NCBI RefSeq assembly: GCF_000014265.1
Contig: NC_008312.1
Span: forward strand, 2,100,001-2,132,000
Direction of reading: 5' to 3'
From: Trichodesmium erythraeum IMS101
Lineage (GTDB): Bacteria; Cyanobacteriota; Cyanobacteriia; Cyanobacteriales; Microcoleaceae
Length of the DNA stretch: 32,000 bases
Numbering within the stretch: the first letter of the stretch is position 1; every line of letters begins with the position of its first letter. Position numbers and translations under genes: made by a program. Shown here piece after piece: positions 30,195 to 32,000 of the stretch. The notes under the pieces are model-generated. The model had not been told where the DNA came from and did not search any database. It saw only the letters and a program-made list of their open reading frames with translations.

Positions 30195-30680
30195 ATGTTC
30201 GTTGGTACAAAAGAAGCTGCTTCTCTTTTGAATATTTCAACTCAAAGAGTACGAGTCTTAATTAAAGAAGGCCGGGTTCAAGGAGCCAGAAAAATAAATG
30301 GTCATACCTGGGTAATTCCTTTATATAGAGGAATGCCAAGAGTTTCTCGTAAAAAGCGTGGACCATTAGCCCGCTGGTATTCCTGTAGTCATTGTGGCAA
30401 AAATACAATTCATTTCCATCGTCCTAATATTGCTGCAAATAAAAAGAAGAAAAATACCAATCTTCATGTACTTTCTGCTAAACGAGGAACTAAAACGTTA
30501 GCAAAAGGTCACGAAATTGAGATTCATGGTCCTTGTAAAATTGTTTATCGCCCCAATAAACCTCATTCTTGTGGAGCAACGGTCTGGATTGAGACTTTGG
30601 CAACAGCAACAATGTTGAATTTTGATGGTACATTGGAGCAAGTTGACAGCAGATGGATTGGAGAAGAGTCGTCAATGTAA
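30195..30680 (+). CDS. Excisionase-type helix-turn-helix protein with a Cys-containing C-terminal domain, function unknown
   Basis: I prefer the ATG at 30195 (MFVGTKEAASLLNISTQRVRVLIKEGRVQGARKINGHTWVIPL...). The ORF-track start at 30081 lies inside the upstream IS terminal repeat. The N-terminus looks like HTH_17/excisionase-type. The C-terminal part contains CSHC, GPC and SCGATVWIE. I recall similar small cyanobacterial hypothetical proteins but cannot verify this. Confidence 0.6.
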   Translation: MFVGTKEAASLLNISTQRVRVLIKEGRVQGARKINGHTWVIPLYRGMPRVSRKKRGPLARWYSCSHCGKNTIHFHRPNIAANKKKKNTNLHVLSAKRGTKTLAKGHEIEIHGPCKIVYRPNKPHSCGATVWIETLATATMLNFDGTLEQVDSRWIGEESSM

Positions 30681-30884
30681 GAAATTAGACGTTGGTGAAT
30701 TAAGGTACTGGAAAGTACAAAAGTTATTCTAAAAAACGATGGGCTAAACTGAGCTGAAAGTATTACTGAACAAGGTTTATAGCAACTACAGTTCTTGGGA
30801 GAGAATTTAATATTTTGAGCTTGCTGAAAGGCTTGGCTAGCAGTATTCCCAGAACTTCCCACTGTCTAGTTACTGTCTAGTTAA

Positions 30885-31658
30885 GGTGTGATTTGAGTTC
30901 ATAGCAATCGCGATCTTAGGCAGAAAAATTATGGGATGTCTAGAATATTAATCAACTCACATCAATAAAAATGTCTAAAAGAAAGGAAAGTAAAACTACA
31001 TCTTTGTAGAATGTGGTCGTCAATTCATTGATTGCGATGAAACTTATAGAGGTTATAGTGATCAACTCACAGATGAATGGTTAAAAATGTATGTTAATGC
31101 TATGGGCTTAAGAGGAATATCAAGAGTCAAAAAGCTACACCATACTACAATTATCAACTTGATTAAACAAGCAGGAAAACTATTACCACGTTCTTACTCT
31201 CCTCAAGAAACTCCTCAAGTAGGAGAGCTAGACGAATTACAGACATAATTAGGCTCAAAAAAACCAAATTTGGCTATAAACCGCAGTAAATCATTTTACA
31301 AAAGGAATTTTAGAATGGGTTATTGGAAATCGTATTGGAAAAACATTTTATCCTTTGTGGAAACAAGTTAAAAAATGGGAATGTTATTTTTAAGTACAGA
31401 TAGATGGAAAGTATATGCCAAGGCCTATTAATGATGGGGATAAAATTATCGGCAAAACCTATATGACCATTGTAGTTGGAGAAAATACTAGACTTCGGCA
31501 GTATCTTGCCAGATGACATCGAAGGACTCTTTGCTACTGAAAATAATTCCGAGAAGTTAAAGCATTCAATTCCCTTACTGATTCAGTAAATATCAATTTT
31601 GGGATGTTCCAGTTCCTTAGAGATATTCACAGCCATCACTATGAACTCAAATCATACC
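30885..31658 (+). mobile_element. IS1-family element copy 2 (dead, N-terminal deletion)
   Basis: Inverted termini GGTGTGATTTGAGTTCATAG (30885-) and CTATGAACTCAAATCATACC (-31658); 774 bp, close to classical IS1 size. The reading ...CGRQFIDCDETYRGYSDQLTDEWLKMYVNAMGLRGISRVKKLHHTTIINLIKQAGKLLP...ETPQVGELDELQT*...YPLWKQVKKWECYF...GDKIIGKTYMTIVVGENTRLRQYLAR... has several stops and frameshifts. TTAA lies on both flanks. Confidence 0.75.
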
Positions 31659-31682
31659 TTAATTCACCAACGCCAGAAATTA

Positions 31683-32000
31683 TTGACATCCTCTCCCGAC
31701 ATAATTTTTGATTTGTCGGGAGATTCTCAAAACTCACGCCTTGGGTTTTGCTGTCATCTAGACAACTCATAAGATTTGTCCCCGACTCATCCACAGACAT
31801 TTTCAACCACGACCTGCCCAGCCAAAATTAGACCCCTCGCACAAGTCACTTTAGCTGCAACTACATCTTGATTAATTTCTAGCCCAGATTCACGATATTT
31901 ATCAATTCGTTGAGATAATTTCTTTTTTGCCCGTTTTAGTCTGACAATTTGGACAAATCTTTGAGGTGTAATTTTTATCTACTTTGCCCAAATATACACC
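31683..32000 (-). pseudogene. tnpB: Second TnpB (IS605 OrfB) relic: 3' end of the gene plus the element right end; continues past the window end
   Basis: Minus strand reads GVYLGKVDKNYTSKICPNCQTKTGKKE...LSQRIDKYRESGLEINQDVVAAKV.CARGL...ENVCG* (stop at 31787-31789). It has a frameshift, and the second Cys pair of the zinc finger is lost (DKYRESG where H.CP.CG is expected). The right end has a 10-bp-stem hairpin TCTCCCGACA/TGTCGGGAGA (31692-31723) followed on the minus strand by GGATGTCAA (31683-31691). Confidence 0.7.

Noticed and set aside
30490-30862. Two minus-strand ORFs (61 and 99 aa)
   Set aside because: They are antisense to or overlap the HTH gene and the MITE-like segment, and have no recognisable motifs.
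31310-31519. 69-aa minus-strand ORF
   Set aside because: It is antisense inside the IS1 copy 2 transposase remnant.
1-32000. Search for tRNA, rRNA, tmRNA or RNase P-like genes and for cas, toxin-antitoxin or other defence modules
   Set aside because: I found no GTTCGA/TTCGAAT-type T-arm contexts with matching acceptor stems, no rRNA-like conserved blocks, and no ORFs with defence-system motifs. Absence is judged by eye only.

Overview
AT-rich cyanobacterial chromosome segment. It carries many HIP1 GCGATCGC sites, and the gene content and IS types look Nostocales-like. The density of dead IS copies and nonsense-hit genes resembles an eroding symbiont genome such as the Azolla cyanobiont, but this cannot be verified without a database search. 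Intact-looking genes sit as islands: a minus-strand operon remnant (PLP decarboxylase-family gene plus a DUF3326 gene with an in-frame stop), an S9 serine peptidase, an HpnB-like family-2 glycosyltransferase, tpiA, folP, an orphan DppB/OppB-type ABC permease, a copper amine oxidase and a small HTH protein. By my boundaries about 18 of the 32 kb is insertion-sequence debris: 14 recognisable IS copies or fragments from at least six families (IS630, IS200/IS605 tnpA/tnpB, Harbinger-like IS5, IS1, IS4, IS701). Most are nested inside one another, with readable terminal repeats and target duplications, and none has a clean uninterrupted transposase frame. The most unusual object is a perfectly periodic 12 x 209-bp tandem array (6932-9439) built from the 5' end of an IS630-type transposase gene, inside a dead IS copy. 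The second is a direct duplication of the permease 3' end bracketing the copper amine oxidase gene; its distal copy is split by an 8.36-kb, four-level IS nest. I found no CRISPR array, tRNA or rRNA, and no recognisable defence or secondary-metabolite system. All family names come from reading translations by eye and from memory, not from searches.
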